A DNA stretch of 64,000 nt from Raillietiella orientalis (taxonomy: Eukaryota): positions 3,410,001 to 3,474,000 of the forward strand of contig JAYWIR010000014.1 of the NCBI GenBank assembly GCA_036172245.1, written 5' to 3'. The notes below the pieces were generated by a model that was not told the DNA's origin, did no database searches, and saw only the letters and a program-made list of their open reading frames with translations. Made by a program: the position numbers and the translations under genes. Below, piece by piece: positions 59,493-64,000 of the stretch (position 1 is the stretch's first letter; each line of letters opens with the position of its first letter).

Positions 59493-61755
59493 ATAATTTT
59501 CGGTAAAATCGGTTTTCTATTAAAGATATTTATTAAAGTGCCTAGAATCACTCCTATTTAACAAAGGCAGGACGTTTTAATTCTGGAAAAGCTTGTCTTT
59601 TTTTTTTATAAAAGTACAAACTTTAAATTGTTTGCAATTTTTTAACTTTTTCACAAGATTATTAAACCTTCAAACATTTGAACAATGCAAAGTATATTAT
59701 AGCATGGATAAGGAATTTGAAATTCCCAGTGCAAGTGAACAAATGAACTTTTGAAGCATGCTATAAAATATCTGAAATGCAGAATCATAATGGAATATGG
59801 TGTCCTTGCTATCTGTGTTCCCTTGAATTACATTGATATACGTAAATTTATATATTGTATGAAATCATGTTTTCTCAATCTTGAATTCTTTCTCAATTTA
59901 CGCCCCGAAACTTGAAAAAAAGGTTAATATCTCAACTTTAATCAGTACACTTATAAATCCATGAATGCAGAAGTGAAAATGTGTTGGAGTCTGCTTCCAA
60001 ATTTTTTTGTAAAAGCATTCAATCCACATGATGACTCAGAGATGTAATTACTTTATTTGAGACTGAAATAAAAATTGAGTAGACATGATATGTTTTACAA
60101 AATTGTTTGGCCCTATCCATCACTGTGGCAACATTGTATGCATTCATGGTTTCATTTTTGATTGATTTAAACATATCTAGTAATTAGCTTACAACACTAA
60201 ATCATTTGCATTTACATTTTAAAAAGATTTCGAATTGCTAATACATTTAATAAACTCGAAATATTAAAGCTTTATATTTTAAAAGAAATATTTTAAGAAC
60301 AAAACTTTTCCATAAATTGGCCATTATATGAGATCAGGACCACAGTAAGAAAGGAAGTGCCTACGCTGAAGTACACTTCGAGTGGAGCCTGGTTCAGATG
60401 GAAACATGAAACAAATGGTGCTTCAATCCACATATTTGAAAGAATCTAATAGAACATGAGGAACCAATTTCACATAAGTTTCATGCTTTCACTAGCAGAG
60501 TAATATTAAAAAATATGCACATAAAATATTTAGGAATGTAGTTATAATCTCACCTCTGGAACTTCAAAACAAAGAATTAGTTCCAAATCTGTATCTTTCC
60601 TCCATGCATAGAATGGCAACCCAACAAACATGCAAAATTACCAACACATGTACAAATTTTCAATCTTCAGTTACACATATGCACAGAGAAAAAATTATAA
60701 TGGCAAAGAACTCAAAAAAAGCACCTTCAAAATCTGAATATGAAGTCTGATCAAACTGCAAAAGTTTATCAGTTTTATGACAACAGTTTTGTCGAAACTT
60801 AAAACTGATAATAAAAATAGAATGAAAACACAAAACCAATTGCATGAAATAGTATAATAAACTTTTTTGACTGATTTTTTGCAGTGGCCAATTCAAACAC
60901 ACAAGATGTCAGATCCCAATTGTCAAATGATTAAGTAAATGATCCACTTACAAAACTTATATTTCAGTAACTCTTGAAAGATTGCTGAAACAGTGCCTTT
61001 CATTTTACGGATAAACCCTTTTCATTACAGCTTTACTGTATAAATTCGCAGATTCCAGGCAAGCATTAAAGTACATAGAAACACTGAACGTGTTACAAAT
61101 TTTTTCAGTGTGCAATAAGGCAAGAGAATCCCCGAGCAATTCCTGTATATATATGTCTTCCATAAAACACCAAAATTTTTACAGGTTGATGGGTATTTCA
61201 AAGATAAGTTAATTACAAGGTTTAAAAATTAACTTGTAATTAACACAAAACTTTTTTCAAGCTCCAATAACACACGGATGTAAGGTTTCCACTTGCTTGA
61301 ATATATACTTCATTTGTGCAATCTTTGTACGAAGATTTTACATTAGGCGTAACATCTAATTGTAGTTTTTCATATTATGGAAATTTTTATTCCAAAAAAA
61401 AACTCATTTTGTAAAAAAATGAGAAGTTTGCAATTGCTTTAAAATTCCAACATGCTAAAAGATGGATTGCACTGGAAAAGGCATTAAATAAGTTTACATT
61501 GTGGAATATTTTGTGTTTTAAATGAGTCAGTCCATATATTAATTCAAACTCTCAGCATTTTAGAGTGATAAATAAAATGTCTTCTCTCATTTCAGAATCA
61601 AATATGAACAGAATTCTGAAACTATTAAATAGTGCTGTTCAAATGTTCAAACACCTAGCTTATTCAGTAGGTTAAAGGGGATATGTAACAATGAGAGGTT
61701 TTCTTTATGTGTTGATCTGTTTTTATGGAAGTCAACTGATGTTGCTAATTTGGGA

Positions 61756-63339
61756 TCAAGGTTTTGTTTTACCCTGTTTTATTTTAACCATCATAAGTTC
61801 TCTCAATCTCTCATTTTGGGTTCTGAGAAACAAAATTTCTTCTTTCAAACGCTTCACATAATGAATTTTTTGTTTTTTGTTTTGATGCCCTAATAGCTTA
61901 GTGTACCTGGTTGTGAGCTCTTCAAATTCAACTTGTGTAACAGAAAAATTTGATGACGTGCAGTCAGAGTCTCCAGACTTGGATTGATCTTGACATGCAA
62001 TTTGCATGCAAAAATGCTTCCATAATTCAGCCTGCTCTATGGCTTTTTCACACTGCTCACGTTGTTCTCCAATACACTGGTACAACTGATGGAGCCGTTG
62101 CTCGTATGTGGCAAGATTTTCATTCTCTTTCTCTTGCATGATATGAAGTTGCCGTTTTGTCAATTCTAAATTTGCACCCAAGTTGTGGATATTTCGTTTA
62201 ACATGATCCTGTGCTCTACGAACAAAATCTAATTCCAACTCTAGATTAGCCAGAGATGCATCTTTGCATTCTAGTAACTTCTCTAGCTTATTCACAGTTC
62301 CTTGCAATGCCTGTATCTTTTGTTCAGAGGAGACACTCAAATCCTTGAACGTAGATTCTAATTTGTGAATTTCCATTTCCTTGCATTTTTCAATCTCTTC
62401 TTTCTTTTTTAATTTACACTGTAGATCTTCCATATGTTGCTGTGATCTTAGAACTACTTCATGTGCATCCTTCTCCTGTTGTTGTAAAGCATGATTGAGA
62501 CTCATAAGATCACTCTCAAGCTGAGTAATTGTACTTTCTGCAGACAGACAACGCTCTTCTAGCTTCTTTTCTGTTTGCCTTGCACTTTGCAACAATTCTG
62601 AATATAATCCTACACGTTCCTTCATTTCTTCATATTCTTCTCGTAGTGAATGTAGCTCCTTTTCCAACACTTCTTGTGGCTGGTTTACTAACACTCGACT
62701 GTCAACCATGCATGGTCCATCTAGAATTTCATGTTCTGTGTAAAACTGCGACGATTTTTCTGATATGGTCTGCAAATTTATTAAAAAAAAAATCAATATA
62801 CTGATCAGGAACATTAAGCATCTTCATTGGAAATACAATATTGAACAACAACTAGTAATTACAAATAAGTCATTCAACAGCCTTATACTCACTTTCTGAA
62901 TGGGGTATAATGCAGGATGATCAGAGTTTATGTTATTCGCCACCCTCGCTTCAAGTAATGATTTTTTGAGCTTAGAAACACTATCTGGAAACATATTCTT
63001 AGGATTGTAAAGGTCTGGAAAATTCGGATGACAAAATACAATTTTATTTTGTTGAGGACGTTTCAGTTATTCCAGAATTCAGTGTTATAATACTACTGGT
63101 TTAAAAAAAAAGTTCACCGAGTGGACAAATAATTAAACTAAAGAAATAAAAACTAATTGTTTGATAAGAACTGCTTTCAATACTTGTTCATGAAAATCGA
63201 TCTACTCATAAAGAAACGAAAAAATCTCTGCTTTCGAGCATATATTGCAAATCTCAGCACCTTTTTGACTCGCAGATACTTTCAACTTACCATTTTTTTC
63301 TGTAAATGGTTTTCTGGTAAATTTTGAGAAAGGTATCAT
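61756..63339 (-). CDS. HMMR: Hyaluronan-mediated motility receptor (HMMR/RHAMM)-like coiled-coil protein, about 394 aa; 3 coding exons
   Basis: Exons 63339-63291, 63014-62893, 62769-61756. The C-terminal basic leucine-zipper motif YTKLLGHQNKKQKIHYVKRLKEE is shared by HMMR and KIF15. The N-terminus MIPFSKFTRKPFTE resembles HMMR MSFxKAxxxRFNE, and there is no kinesin motor domain. Confidence 0.8.
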
Positions 63340-64000
63340 TATAAAACAGATTATAATGCATACGTAGACGCTATTTGTAATTGAGAGAACTTCGAAAATC
63401 ATGCGTTAAAAATTAATCGCATCAGCATTCAAGAAAAACAGGCGGTTCACTTCAAAATCGAAACCGCAATATTTCATCCAATCAAAAAGAGATTTACGAA
63501 AAAGAGATTTGGTAGCCGTTTCGAAACAGGCAACTCTTTTTAGGAAATACTTACATTTATTATAACCTAAATGCAAATACTCAATTCAAATTTAAATCCA
63601 ACTATTTTGAAATATGCAGTTTGCATTTTATGCATTCATTACAAACCGTTTCCATCCCCTTTTAAAGACGTAATGCAAGGTTAGGGAAGGTTTTTTTCTC
63701 CGAGCCCTCCCAATACAAAGGATTTGAAGAACTGACGAAATTTTTGTTACTTCTGATTGAACGTGACCATTGACTTCTTGTGGATGAATATTCCCTTAAT
63801 TTTTTGACATTTTGATATGGGATATTCCAGCAACAGAATAAGATGCCAACGGGACAATGTACAATGGCATATATTATGTACTTAAAATAATTGAAAAAGG
63901 AGTCGAATTTTCGATTACAGATTGTCCTGCATCCAACTTTCAATTGCTAGGTTTTGATATAGCGTTTTTTATTCTTTATGAGCTGTTGAACAATCACTTA

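Overview
Eukaryotic, AT-rich nuclear DNA from an arthropod, probably an insect or other pancrustacean (inferred from a tramtrack-type BTB plus Pipsqueak-domain Tkr gene); the species cannot be determined. Seven intron-containing protein genes can be spliced by hand: Tkr-like BTB-Psq factor (+), adenosine kinase (-), dynactin p62/DCTN4 (+), ZSWIM8/Dora (-), RpS14 (+), CEP131/AZI1 (+) and an HMMR/RHAMM-like coiled-coil protein (-). These compact gene islands alternate with stretches of heavily decayed transposons (hAT/Charlie, LINEs, a Gypsy-like relic, a tRNA-derived SINE). The most striking property is the splicing regime: about 33 introns of only 37-54 nt, several with degenerate donors or no polypyrimidine tract, plus a GC-AG intron needed to rebuild the conserved ZSWIM8 C-terminus. 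Other points of note are convergent DCTN4/ZSWIM8 stop codons only 49 bp apart, an NxxE-to-SxxE change in adenosine kinase, candidate micro-ORFs and several strong hairpins. I found no prokaryote-type novel system. All family assignments are from recalled motifs, not database searches.
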